A DNA stretch of 64,000 bases from Oscillospiraceae bacterium (GTDB lineage Bacteria > Bacillota > Clostridia > Oscillospirales > Oscillospiraceae). Shown in pieces: positions 10,174-19,862 of the stretch; within the stretch, counting starts at the first letter, position 1, and each line of letters begins with the position of its first letter. The stretch lies in assembly GCA_020025425.1 (NCBI GenBank), contig JAHHSD010000004.1, forward strand, positions 1,940 through 65,939. The letters are read 5' to 3'. The position numbers and the translations under genes were made by a program. The notes below the pieces were generated by a model. The model was not told where the DNA came from. It saw only the letters and a list, made by a program, of their open reading frames with translations, and did not search any database.

Positions 10174-11427
10174 ATGGAAAACCAGTTTCTGATCGACTCT
10201 GAATTTCTCTCCCCCGAGGCGCTGGCAAAAAAGCACCGCCTGGAGACCGACTCCTCCGCCCGCACCGACCACATGGCCTACATGCCCGGCATGGAGCAGA
10301 TCAGCTCCGACGTCATGGACAAGGTCATGGGCCAGATGAACGCCTACGATCCCGACGCCTACACCGCCCAGGACGTGGCCGCCGCCCTCCAGCATGAGCA
10401 CTGCTCCGTGGAGGACTTCAAGGCTCTCCTCTCCCCCGCCGCCCAGCCCTTCCTGGAGCAGATGGCCCAGAAGGCCCGGATGGAGACCCGGAAGCACTTT
10501 GGCAACACGGTCTACCTCTTTACCCCCCTGTATATCGCCAACTACTGTGAAAACTACTGTGTCTACTGCGGCTTCAACTGCTACAACCACATCAAGCGCA
10601 TGAAGCTGAACATGGAGCAGATCGAGCACGAGATGAAGGTCATCGCCGACTCGGGCATGGAGGAGATCCTGATGCTCACCGGCGAGAGCCGGGGAATGAG
10701 CAGCGTGGAGTACATCGGCGAGGCCTGCAAGCTGGCCCGGAAGTACTTCAAAAACGTGGGCCTGGAGATCTACCCCGTCAACACCGATGAGTACCGCTAC
10801 CTCCACCAGTGCGGTGCCGACTACGTCACCGTATTCCAGGAGACCTACGACACGGTCAAGTATGAGACCCTCCACCTCATGGGCCACAAGCGGGTGTGGC
10901 CCTACCGCTTCGAGGCCCAGGAGCGGGCCCTGATGGGCGGCATGCGGGGGGTGGCCTTCTCCGCCCTGCTGGGCCTGTCCGACTTCCGGAAGGACGCCCT
11001 GGCCACCGGACTGCACGCCTACTACCTCCAGCGCAAGTACCCCCAGGCGGAGATCTCCCTGTCCTGCCCCCGTCTGCGCCCCATCATCAACAACGACAAG
11101 ATCAACCCCCTGGACGTCCACGAGACCCAGCTGTGTCAGATCATCTGCGCCTATCGGATCTTCCTGCCCTTCGCCGGGATCACCGTCTCCTCCCGGGAGA
11201 GCGCCCATTTCCGGGACGGCATCGTGAAGATCGCCGCCACCAAGGTGTCTGCGGGCGTGTCCACCGGCATCGGGGACCACGAGAGCAAGTACACCGGCCA
11301 GGAGAACGGCGAGCCGGAGGGGGACGAGCAGTTTGAGATCGAGGACGCCCGCAGCTTCCAGACCATGTACCAAGACATCTCCGCCGAGGGACTTCAGCCC
11401 GTCCTGAATGACTACCTCTATGTCTGA
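10174..11427 (+). CDS. thiH: 2-iminoacetate synthase (radical SAM)
   Basis: PLYIANYCENYCVYCGF (CxxxCxxC), FQETY, SAGVSTGIG, DEQFEI. Confidence 0.95.
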   Translation: MENQFLIDSEFLSPEALAKKHRLETDSSARTDHMAYMPGMEQISSDVMDKVMGQMNAYDPDAYTAQDVAAALQHEHCSVEDFKALLSPAAQPFLEQMAQKARMETRKHFGNTVYLFTPLYIANYCENYCVYCGFNCYNHIKRMKLNMEQIEHEMKVIADSGMEEILMLTGESRGMSSVEYIGEACKLARKYFKNVGLEIYPVNTDEYRYLHQCGADYVTVFQETYDTVKYETLHLMGHKRVWPYRFEAQERALMGGMRGVAFSALLGLSDFRKDALATGLHAYYLQRKYPQAEISLSCPRLRPIINNDKINPLDVHETQLCQIICAYRIFLPFAGITVSSRESAHFRDGIVKIAATKVSAGVSTGIGDHESKYTGQENGEPEGDEQFEIEDARSFQTMYQDISAEGLQPVLNDYLYV

Positions 11428-12034
11428 GCTGCTGTGTGTCACCAACCGCGCCCTGTGCCGGGAGGATTTTCTGGTCCGTCTGGAGCGGATCTGTCAGGCC
11501 CGCCCGGCCGGGATCGTTCTGCGGGAGAAGGATCTGAGCCCGGGGGCGTATGAGACCCTGGCCCGGTCCGTGCTGGAGCTGTGCGGCCGATATCAGGTCC
11601 CCTGCATCCTCCACAGCTTTGTGGAAACCGCCCTCCGGCTGGACGCCCGGGCCATCCACCTGCCGCTGCCCCGCCTGTGGGCCATGACAGCGGAGGAAAA
11701 AAGCCGGTTTTCCGTCCTGGGCGCCTCCTGCCACAGCGTGGAGGACGCCCGGGAGGCCCAGGCCCTGGGCTGCACCTATATCACCGCCGGCCACGTCTTT
11801 GACACCGATTGCAAAAAGGGCCTGCCCGGCCGGGGTCTGGACTTTTTGCAGGCGGTCTGCGGCGTGGTCACCATCCCGGTGTACGCCATCGGCGGCATCG
11901 GACCGGACAACTTCCCGTCGGTGCTGGCCGCCGGGGCGGCGGGGGGCTGCGCCATGAGCGGGCCCATGGTCTGCCAGGACCCGGCCGCCTACCTTGAAGC
12001 CTTTGAGAAAGCGGGGGATTCCCATGAAATTTGA
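11420..12034 (+). CDS. ThiE/TenI family protein (TenI-like)
   Basis: LCVTNR, LREKDL, GASCHS, GHVFDTDCKKG, YAIGGI; overlaps thiH stop. Confidence 0.8.
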   Translation: MSELLCVTNRALCREDFLVRLERICQARPAGIVLREKDLSPGAYETLARSVLELCGRYQVPCILHSFVETALRLDARAIHLPLPRLWAMTAEEKSRFSVLGASCHSVEDAREAQALGCTYITAGHVFDTDCKKGLPGRGLDFLQAVCGVVTIPVYAIGGIGPDNFPSVLAAGAAGGCAMSGPMVCQDPAAYLEAFEKAGDSHEI

Positions 12035-12665
12035 CCGAAAGCAGCTGCTTCTGTACGCGGTCACCGACCGGACCTGGACGGGCCGCCAGAGCCTGTCCCA
12101 GCAGGTGGAGTGCGCCCTCCGGGGCGGCGTCACCTGTGTCCAGCTGCGGGAAAAGGAGCTGGAGCGGGAGGCCCTGCTCCGGGAGGCCCGGGTCATCCAG
12201 GACCTGTGCCGCCGGTATCAGGTCCCGCTCATCATCAACGACGACTGGGAGCTGGCCCTGGAGCTGGGGGCGGACGGCGTCCATGTGGGCCAGGAGGACG
12301 ACGCAGTCTCCCGGATCCGGGCCGCGGCCGGCCCAGACTTCATCATTGGGGCCACCGCCAAGACGGTGGACCAGGCCCGTGCCGCCCAGGCGGCCGGGGC
12401 CGACTACCTGGGCGTGGGGGCCGTGTTCCCCTCGCCCACCAAGCCGGGGGCCCTGCGGATCACCACCCAGCAGCTGCGGATGATCTGCGGCTGCGTGGAG
12501 ATCCCCGCGGTGGCCATCGGCGGGATTTCCCGGGAAAATGCCCGGGAGCTGGCCGGGGGCGGGATGTTCGGCCTGGCCGTGGTATCTGCTCTCTTTGCCG
12601 CCCCGGACATCACCGCTGCGGCCCAAACCCTGCGGGAGATTTCCCGCTCCCTGGTGGAGCAATAA
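12024..12665 (+). CDS. thiE: Thiamine phosphate synthase
   Basis: LYAVTD, QLREK, IIND, DGVHVGQED, SPTK, AIGGI motifs. Confidence 0.93.
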   Translation: MKFDRKQLLLYAVTDRTWTGRQSLSQQVECALRGGVTCVQLREKELEREALLREARVIQDLCRRYQVPLIINDDWELALELGADGVHVGQEDDAVSRIRAAAGPDFIIGATAKTVDQARAAQAAGADYLGVGAVFPSPTKPGALRITTQQLRMICGCVEIPAVAIGGISRENARELAGGGMFGLAVVSALFAAPDITAAAQTLREISRSLVEQ

Positions 12666-12745
12666 GGCTCCGCCGGCGGCCGATTGGGGGCACCACCTTC
12701 GGTCGCCTAACAAAAGCTGTGCACCATCTCAAGGAGGATGATCAA

Positions 12746-13549
12746 ATGAGAACTGCATTGACAATCGCTGGAAGTGACTCCAGCGGAGGCGCCGGCATCC
12801 AGGCAGATCTGAAAACGATGACCATGAACGGCGTATTCGCCATGAGCGCCATCACTGCTCTGACTGCCCAGAACACCACCGGCGTGACCGGGATCATGGA
12901 AGTGACCCCCGAATTTTTGAAGGAACAGATCGACTGCGTCTTTACCGACATCCGCCCCGACGCGGTGAAGATCGGCATGGTGGCCTCCGCCCCCCTGATC
13001 GAGACCATCGGGGAGCGGCTTCGCTTCTACCGGGCGGAGCACATCGTGGTGGACCCTGTAATGGTGGCCACCAGCGGGGCCCGGCTCATTGACGAGGACG
13101 CGGTAACCACCCTGAAGGGGGAGCTGCTGCCCCTGGCCGCCGTCATCACCCCCAATATCCCCGAGGCCGAGGTGCTGTCCGGTCTGGCCATCCGCTCCGC
13201 CGACGACATGGCGGCCGCCGCCAAGACCATCTGGGAGTCCTACGGCTGCGCCGTCCTGTGCAAGGGGGGGCACAGCCTGAACGACGCCAACGACCTGCTC
13301 TACGCCGACGGTACGGCCACCTGGTTCCGGGGCAAGCGGATCAATAACCCCAACACCCACGGCACCGGCTGCACCCTGTCCAGCGCCATCGCCGCCAACC
13401 TGGCCAAGGGCTTTGATCTGACTGAATCCATCGGCCTGGCCAAGGAGTACATCTCCGGGGCCCTTGGTGCCATGCTGGATCTGGGGGCGGGCAGCGGACC
13501 CATGGCCCATAACTTCAATCTGACCGGGCCCTTTTCCCGGGAAAAATAA
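12746..13549 (+). CDS. thiD: Hydroxymethylpyrimidine / phosphomethylpyrimidine kinase
   Basis: TIAGSDSSGGAGIQADLKT, DPVMVATSG, TPNIPEAE, THGTGCTLS; SD aaggagg. Confidence 0.96.
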   Translation: MRTALTIAGSDSSGGAGIQADLKTMTMNGVFAMSAITALTAQNTTGVTGIMEVTPEFLKEQIDCVFTDIRPDAVKIGMVASAPLIETIGERLRFYRAEHIVVDPVMVATSGARLIDEDAVTTLKGELLPLAAVITPNIPEAEVLSGLAIRSADDMAAAAKTIWESYGCAVLCKGGHSLNDANDLLYADGTATWFRGKRINNPNTHGTGCTLSSAIAANLAKGFDLTESIGLAKEYISGALGAMLDLGAGSGPMAHNFNLTGPFSREK

Positions 13550-13587
13550 CCATCTTCGTCAATATGCACAATATTTTTCCCAATCCC

Positions 13588-13616
13588 TTGACTTTCTCAT
13601 TCAATCTGTGTACACT
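13588..13616 (+). promoter_or_regulatory. SigA-type promoter for the SLH-domain gene
   Basis: TTGACT-17 nt-TACACT. Confidence 0.65.
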
Positions 13617-13863
13617 TGGTCCATCATTAAATCTTCTTTCATAATTGTATGTAGCTTCTTCGCATAGCAGCGTCACAAAGCCCAGTAAAATAAAAGAATC
13701 CCCCTTGGGTTCTTGTTTTGCTGGGTTTTTTAAATTGCGTTCTTTCCGGCCTGGTTCAATATGTGCCATGACCACCGGAACAAGCAATAAGGAGGTGTAC
13801 ACCATATCATAAAGCGATGGCAATAACCCTGATCCATCTGACTATGAAGAGGAGATGTAATCT

Positions 13864-15813
13864 ATGAGAAAAAAGACTTGTGCGCTTTTCCTGGCCCTCG
13901 CCATTATGGCGTCCTTCATCCTGCCTGTCAGCGCCGCTGACGCCGTGCAGGAGGCCGTGTACCTGGGTGTCGAGAACTACGGCACCGTCACCAAGGATGA
14001 GAAACCCAATTTCCAGCATAAATTCAGCCTCAACGATAAGGTTGAGCACTTTCTCGTAGCAAGCGACGACGCTTTTACCCTCCAGAACAAGCTCCAGGAG
14101 GGCTATATCTATGACATCACCCTCCAGGACGGCAAGGTAGTCGATCTGACCCTGAAAAACGGCGATCAGGCCGGCCCGGTCACCGCCGTCTCCAAGACCT
14201 CCCTTGGCGTAGCGGGCAAGGACTATCCTCTGGCTGAGAATGTCACCGTCCGCCGCATCACCACCAAGGCCGGCGGGGCCCAGGTGGAGAACGCCGCCCT
14301 GGCCGATGTGAAGATGGGCGACACTGTCCGGGTGTTCCTGAACAAGGACGGGCAGATCGACCGCATCTATCTGGCCTTTGTGGCAAAGGAGTACTCCGCC
14401 CCTGTGAAGGGTGTACCCGGCCAAAAGACCCTGAAAAACTTCCTGGCCACCGCCATGGAGCCTGTGGGCCAGGCCCTGTACGTCTTTGGCGGCACCTGGG
14501 ACTGGCAGGACGAGGCCTCCTCTCCCCAGTCCACCACCATCGGCCTGGCTCAGTCCTGGCTGGACTTCTTCCAGAGCCACGACGCCAGCTATACCTATAA
14601 GTACAGCGACGATCCCAGCGCCAGCTACTACCCCCACCAGGGCTGGAACCAGTACTACTATGCCGGTATTGACTGCTCCGCCTATGTGGCCTGGGCCACC
14701 TACAACATGATGAACACCGTCAGCGGCGGCGAGGGCTATGTGGGCAGTTCCACCAAGATGGCCCAGCGCTTTGCGGATACCATGAAGTGGGGCACCATCG
14801 ACTACGGCACCCCCGTCAACGACGAGGAGGGCCACCGGACCTTTGATCACTCCAGCTTCCGTGTGGGCGATGTGTTCAGCATGAACGGCCACGTCTGGAT
14901 CTGCCTGGGCGCCTGCTCTGACGGCAGCCTGGTCATCCTCCACTCCACCCCCTCCGACAGTAAGGTCGGCGCCCCCGGCGGCGGCGTGCAGATCAGCGGC
15001 GTAGGCGCCAGCCAGAACTGCGAGGCCTACCGCCTGGCCAACTACTACATGAGCAAGTACTATCCCGCCTGGAGCGAGCGCTACAACGCCGTGTGCAAGG
15101 ACTATGCCGACTACACCACCGTGCGGGGCGACGTCGCCGGCCGGTTCAGCTGGGATCTGACCAAGACCCTCACCGACCCCGACGGCTACGCCAAGATGAC
15201 CCCCGCTCAGATTCTGGCCGATCTGTTCGGCGAGCCCGATCCCAATGTGGTGGAGCAGGGTCTCCCCTTCCAGGATGTGCAGCAGAGCGACTGGTACTTC
15301 AAGGCGGTGGACAGCGTCTATCGCAAGAACGTCATGTCCGGTGTGTCCGCCACCCAGTTTGCCCCCGGAGCCCAGATGCGCCGGGCCGAGCTGGCTCAGA
15401 TCCTGTACAACCAGGCCGGCAAGCCCGCCGTGGAGCCTGACGCCGCTCTGGCCGATGTGCCCGCTGACGCCTGGTACGCCGGCGCCATCAATTGGGCCCG
15501 CCAGCAGGGCCTGATGTCCGGCACATCCCCCGACCACATGGCCCCCGAAACCCTGCTGACCCGTCAGCAGATGGCCGTGATCCTCTATCAGTACGCCCAG
15601 AAGCAGGGCATCGACGCCAGCCAGCGCGGGGATCTGTCCTCCTTCCAGGACGTGGATCAGGTGGCCGATTGGGCCTCTGAGGCCATGCAGTGGGCCGTAG
15701 GCGCCAAGCTGATCGCCGGCCGCGGCAGCGGCACTCTGGCCCCCAACGGCATCGTCACCCGTGCCGAGGTCGCCCAGGTCATCGTCAATCTGTGGGCCAT
15801 CAGCAAGGTTTAA
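13864..15813 (+). CDS. Secreted S-layer homology (SLH) domain protein with putative NlpC/P60-like cysteine hydrolase domain
   Basis: Signal peptide; central YVFGG...GIDCSAYVAW...GHVWI; C-terminal SLH repeats (FQDV..SDWY, MRRAELAQIL, LTRQQMAVIL, VTRAEVAQV). Confidence 0.8.
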   Translation: MRKKTCALFLALAIMASFILPVSAADAVQEAVYLGVENYGTVTKDEKPNFQHKFSLNDKVEHFLVASDDAFTLQNKLQEGYIYDITLQDGKVVDLTLKNGDQAGPVTAVSKTSLGVAGKDYPLAENVTVRRITTKAGGAQVENAALADVKMGDTVRVFLNKDGQIDRIYLAFVAKEYSAPVKGVPGQKTLKNFLATAMEPVGQALYVFGGTWDWQDEASSPQSTTIGLAQSWLDFFQSHDASYTYKYSDDPSASYYPHQGWNQYYYAGIDCSAYVAWATYNMMNTVSGGEGYVGSSTKMAQRFADTMKWGTIDYGTPVNDEEGHRTFDHSSFRVGDVFSMNGHVWICLGACSDGSLVILHSTPSDSKVGAPGGGVQISGVGASQNCEAYRLANYYMSKYYPAWSERYNAVCKDYADYTTVRGDVAGRFSWDLTKTLTDPDGYAKMTPAQILADLFGEPDPNVVEQGLPFQDVQQSDWYFKAVDSVYRKNVMSGVSATQFAPGAQMRRAELAQILYNQAGKPAVEPDAALADVPADAWYAGAINWARQQGLMSGTSPDHMAPETLLTRQQMAVILYQYAQKQGIDASQRGDLSSFQDVDQVADWASEAMQWAVGAKLIAGRGSGTLAPNGIVTRAEVAQVIVNLWAISKV

Positions 15814-15836
15814 AAGACCGAGTTTCCCCTATAAAC

Positions 15837-15873
15837 AAACCAGGCGGACCGATTTACGGTCCGCCTGGTTTTT
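15837..15873. terminator. Bidirectional terminator
   Basis: aaaccaggcggaccg...cggtccgcctggttttt. Confidence 0.85.
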
Positions 15874-15911
15874 CATTGTATTCTTTTGGGGAAACAGGGG
15901 GGTGCTGTCGC

Positions 15912-16907
15912 TTACCGCTCCTCGCGGAAGTAGTTCAGGCCCAGAGCGGCGGGCTGTCCGCTGCCCTCCTTGGCCCGGATGGAGGAGACGATCAGCACGA
16001 TGGCTGTAATGAGGAAGGGCAGCGCCTTAAACAGGTGCGGGGGCACGGCGTTCAGCCAGCTCAGGGCGTTGGGGAAGGCCCCGGCCAGGGCACCGGCGTA
16101 GATCTGCAGGGTGTTGAAGAAGCCAAAGACCAGCGTACCCAGAATGGCCATCACCGGGTTCCAGTTGGCGAAGATAACCAGGGCCACCGCGATCCAGCCG
16201 TAGCCGTTGATCCAGCAGTTGGAGCCCTCAAAGGAGCCGCTCATGTTCAGGGCCATGTAGAAGCCGCCCAGGCCCATGATGCCGGAGCCCAGCACCAGGT
16301 GAATGTACTTGTAGCGGGTGATGTTGACACCCACGGAGTCGGCCGCGCCGGGGTTCTCACCCACGGAGCGCAGCTTCAGGCCGGTCATGGTGCAGGACAG
16401 ATACCACCACACAGCCACGGCGATGGCGATGCCCAGATAGACCAGGATGTTGTGGGAGAACAGGGCCTTGCCCAGCACGGGGATGGAGCTCAGGCCGGGG
16501 ATATTCAGGGGGGCGAAGCCCTCCACCAGGGCGGAGTGCTCCACCATGGCGGGCCAGTTGTCACCCATGCCCTTGCCCACAAAGAAGTACAGGCCCAGGC
16601 CGAAGGTGGTGATGGTGATACCGGTGACGTTCTGGTTGGCCTGGAAGGACACGGTGAGCACGGCGAAGAGCAGGCCGCACAGGCCGGCGGCCAGGAAGGC
16701 CACCAGCAGGCCCACCACCAGGCTGTTGGCGGCGCAGCCGGCCAGGTAGCCGAAGATGGCGCCCACGGCCATGGTGCCCTCCACGCCCAGGTTCAGACTG
16801 CCCGCCTTCTCAATGACGATCTCGCCCACCGTGCCGTAGAGCAGGGGGATGTTGACCAGGATGATGTTGAAGAGGAAGAGGGTCAGCACGTCGATGGAAT
16901 TGTTCAT
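15912..16907 (-). CDS. Nucleoside/sugar ABC transporter permease
   Basis: EKAGSLNLGVEG, RSVGENPGAADSVG, GWIAVALVIF, PAALG motifs. Confidence 0.9.
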   Translation of the reverse strand: MNNSIDVLTLFLFNIILVNIPLLYGTVGEIVIEKAGSLNLGVEGTMAVGAIFGYLAGCAANSLVVGLLVAFLAAGLCGLLFAVLTVSFQANQNVTGITITTFGLGLYFFVGKGMGDNWPAMVEHSALVEGFAPLNIPGLSSIPVLGKALFSHNILVYLGIAIAVAVWWYLSCTMTGLKLRSVGENPGAADSVGVNITRYKYIHLVLGSGIMGLGGFYMALNMSGSFEGSNCWINGYGWIAVALVIFANWNPVMAILGTLVFGFFNTLQIYAGALAGAFPNALSWLNAVPPHLFKALPFLITAIVLIVSSIRAKEGSGQPAALGLNYFREER

Positions 16908-18028
16908 TTCGACACCTCCTTGGTAGACTTGGTCCGCACAACCTGGAACCGGGTGAAGAAATCGGCGGCCAGCACGGCGAAGAGGATAATGCCCTGGATC
17001 AGATCGGCAAAGTTGGCGTCGATGGAGGCAAAGGTGGTGCTGGCGTTCTGGCAGCCGAACTGGAGGACGGTGATGAGCAGGGAGGACACCACGATGCCCA
17101 CGGTGTTCAGCTTGGCCAGCCAGGCCACCACGATGCCGGTCCAGCCCACATTGTTGGTCACAGAGGCGCTGAGGATGCCGGCGGAGGACACGGAGAAGGC
17201 TCCGGCCAGGCCGATGAGGGCGGCGGACATGAAGATGGTCCGCACCACAATGCGGCTGACCTTCATGCCGGCGTAGCGGGCGGTGTTGGGGCTGTCACCC
17301 ACCACGGCCACCTCATAGCCCTGCTTGGTGTACTTCAGGTAGACGAAGATCAGCACACACAGGGCAATGGCGATGATCAGGGACAGGTTCAGCTGAAAGC
17401 CCCCCAGGTCGAAGGTGATCATTCTGGCGTTCTCGGGGAACTTGATGAACTTGGGTCTGGGAGAGGCGGGGTCCAGGAAAAAGTTCCACTCACCGGCGGT
17501 CTCACCGAAGAAGCGCAGGAGGTAGAGGGCCACATAGTTGAGCATCAGGGTGAGCAAAGTCTCGTTGGTGTTGAAGCGCACCTTCAGCGCGGCCACGAAT
17601 ACACCGTACAGGCCGCCGCCCACCATGCCGCACAGGGCCATGACCAGGATCATCAGGGGCTTGGGCAGGGTCCCGCCCAGCTTGAGGGCGGCCACGCTGG
17701 CCAGGATGGCCCCCATGATGAACTGTCCCTCGCCGCCGATGTTCCAAAAGCGCATCTTAAAGGCCAGGGCCAGGGCCAGGGAGGTGAGGAGCAGAGGGAC
17801 GAACAGCTTGATGAAGTTCTCCACAATGCGGGCGGGGAACTTGCTGTCCGGGATCCCCAGGGTGATGATCCGCTTGTAGAAGTCCAGGGGGTCCACTCCC
17901 AGGGACAGGAGCATCAGTGCGCCGATGACCAGGGCGATGGCCACAGCGGCCACATAGGCCAGGATCTGCTGGCCGGGGCGGGCGGTATCCCGCTTGACGA
18001 TGCGGAACAGGGGCTCTTGGCGTTTCAT
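16904..18028 (-). CDS. Nucleoside/sugar ABC transporter permease
   Basis: WNIGGEGQ, NETLLTLMLNY, ARYAGM motifs. Confidence 0.9.
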   Translation of the reverse strand: MKRQEPLFRIVKRDTARPGQQILAYVAAVAIALVIGALMLLSLGVDPLDFYKRIITLGIPDSKFPARIVENFIKLFVPLLLTSLALALAFKMRFWNIGGEGQFIMGAILASVAALKLGGTLPKPLMILVMALCGMVGGGLYGVFVAALKVRFNTNETLLTLMLNYVALYLLRFFGETAGEWNFFLDPASPRPKFIKFPENARMITFDLGGFQLNLSLIIAIALCVLIFVYLKYTKQGYEVAVVGDSPNTARYAGMKVSRIVVRTIFMSAALIGLAGAFSVSSAGILSASVTNNVGWTGIVVAWLAKLNTVGIVVSSLLITVLQFGCQNASTTFASIDANFADLIQGIILFAVLAADFFTRFQVVRTKSTKEVSK

Positions 18029-19599
18029 TCCGTTACCTCCTTGATCTGGCTGTCCTTGGCGATTCCGGCGGGCTTGTCCTCATACTTGTTGGTCAGGTCC
18101 AGGGCGCCGGTCATCATCAGGCCCAGCTCCTCCTTGGTGGTCTTGTGGGCGTGGACCACGCCCATGACCCTGCCGTGGCACAGGACCATGATCTTGTCGC
18201 ACAGGGCCATCATCACGTCCAGGTCCTCGCCCACAAAGAGGATGCCCACGCCGTCCTGCTTCTGCTGGTTGAGGATGTTGTAGATGGCATAAGAGGAGTT
18301 GATGTCCAGGCCGCGGACGGGGTAGGCGGTGACCAGTACGTTGGGTCCGGCCTTGATCTCCCGGCCCAGCAGCACCTTCTGCACGTTGCCGCCGGAGAGC
18401 CGGCGCACCGGGGTCTCGGTGGAGGGGGTGACCACCTCCAGCTCCCGGATCACCTGCTCGGCGTCCGCCCGGCCCGCCTTGCGGTCCACCAGGACGCCCT
18501 TGGCCTCGGAGTAGTTCTTCAGGATCATATTGTCCGTGATGGACATGGAGGGGGCCAGGCCCATGCCCAGCCGGTCCTCGGGGATGAAGGACATGGAGAT
18601 GCCCTTCTGGAGGATGGCCTTGGGGCTCAGGCCCACAATATTGTCCCCCTTGTGGATCATCATGCCGCTCTCGATGGGGCGCAGACCGGCGATGGCCTCG
18701 CACAGCTCCTTCTGGCCGCAGCCCGCAATGCCGGCCACGCCCAGGATCTCGCCGCCGCGGATGTAGAAGTTCACATGGTCGATGGCGGTGGAGCCCTCGT
18801 CGCTCTTGATGGTCAGGTCCCGGATCTCCAGCAGGGGCTTGGTCTTTTCCACCACGGGGCGGTCGATGTTCAGGTCCACCTTGCGGCCCACCATGAACTC
18901 GGTGAGCTGCTGCTCGTTGGTGTCCTTGGTGTCCACGGTGCCGATGTACTCGCCCTTGCGCAGGATGGCCACCCGGTCGGAGATGTCCATGACCTCGTTG
19001 AGCTTGTGGGTGATGATGATGATGGAGTGGCCGTCCGCCTTCATGCGGCGCAGGACGCCGAAGAGCTTGTTGATCTCCTGGACGGTGAGCACGGCGGTGG
19101 GCTCGTCCAGGATGATGACCTTGGCGCCGTAGTAGAGGACTTTGATGATCTCCAGGGTCTGCTTCTCCGAGACGGACATGTTGTAGACCTTTTTCCGGGG
19201 GTCGATGTCAAACCCGAACTTCTGGGCCATATCCCGGATTATATTGTACCGGTCCTTCTTCAGCACAGCGCCCACATGCTCGGCGCCCAGCCAGATGTTA
19301 TCGGCGGCAGAGAACACATCCACCAGCTTGAAGTGCTGGTGGACCATGCCGATGCCCAGGCGCTTGGCGTCCTCGGGGGAGCTGATGGTCACATCCTGAC
19401 CGTTGATCCGGATGGAGCCGCTGTCCGGGCGGTAAATGCCGGAGAGCATGTTCATCAGGGTAGTCTTGCCCGAACCATTCTCTCCAAGCAGCGCCAGGAT
19501 CTCGCCGGGCTTCACGTTGAGATCCACCCCGTGGTTGGCCACTACGCTGCCAAAGGTCTTGGTAATGCCCTTCATTTCAATGGCATACTGCACTGCCAT
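18025..19599 (-). CDS. Nucleoside ABC transporter ATP-binding protein (two ATPase domains)
   Basis: GENGSGKTT, MVHQHF, ILDEPT, IPEDR, LSGGNVQK. Confidence 0.92.
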   Translation of the reverse strand: MAVQYAIEMKGITKTFGSVVANHGVDLNVKPGEILALLGENGSGKTTLMNMLSGIYRPDSGSIRINGQDVTISSPEDAKRLGIGMVHQHFKLVDVFSAADNIWLGAEHVGAVLKKDRYNIIRDMAQKFGFDIDPRKKVYNMSVSEKQTLEIIKVLYYGAKVIILDEPTAVLTVQEINKLFGVLRRMKADGHSIIIITHKLNEVMDISDRVAILRKGEYIGTVDTKDTNEQQLTEFMVGRKVDLNIDRPVVEKTKPLLEIRDLTIKSDEGSTAIDHVNFYIRGGEILGVAGIAGCGQKELCEAIAGLRPIESGMMIHKGDNIVGLSPKAILQKGISMSFIPEDRLGMGLAPSMSITDNMILKNYSEAKGVLVDRKAGRADAEQVIRELEVVTPSTETPVRRLSGGNVQKVLLGREIKAGPNVLVTAYPVRGLDINSSYAIYNILNQQKQDGVGILFVGEDLDVMMALCDKIMVLCHGRVMGVVHAHKTTKEELGLMMTGALDLTNKYEDKPAGIAKDSQIKEVTE

Positions 19600-19794
19600 G
19601 GCAGTACCTCCTTTTCACACATATAAAAATGACAAGAGCCAGGCCTGTCCCCAAGCCTGGTGTTCCATATTATTTCTTCCTCTGCGGCTCGGAGCGCCCT
19701 CCGGTCCATAGAGCAGGGAATAAAAACAGTATAGCATAGTTCCAGGGTTTCCGCACAAAAAATTGCAAGTTTCGTCAAAAATATGCCGCCCTGG

Positions 19795-19837
19795 AAATAA
19801 AATCCGGGCCGGTCGGAAGTTCCGGCCGGCCCGGGAT
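19795..19837 (-). terminator. Terminator/stem-loop after BMP lipoprotein gene
   Basis: ccgggccggtcgga-agt-tccggccggcccgg stem followed by T-rich tract on minus strand. Confidence 0.6.
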
Positions 19838-19862
19838 GCGGGTCATTCGATTTGGGACGGAT

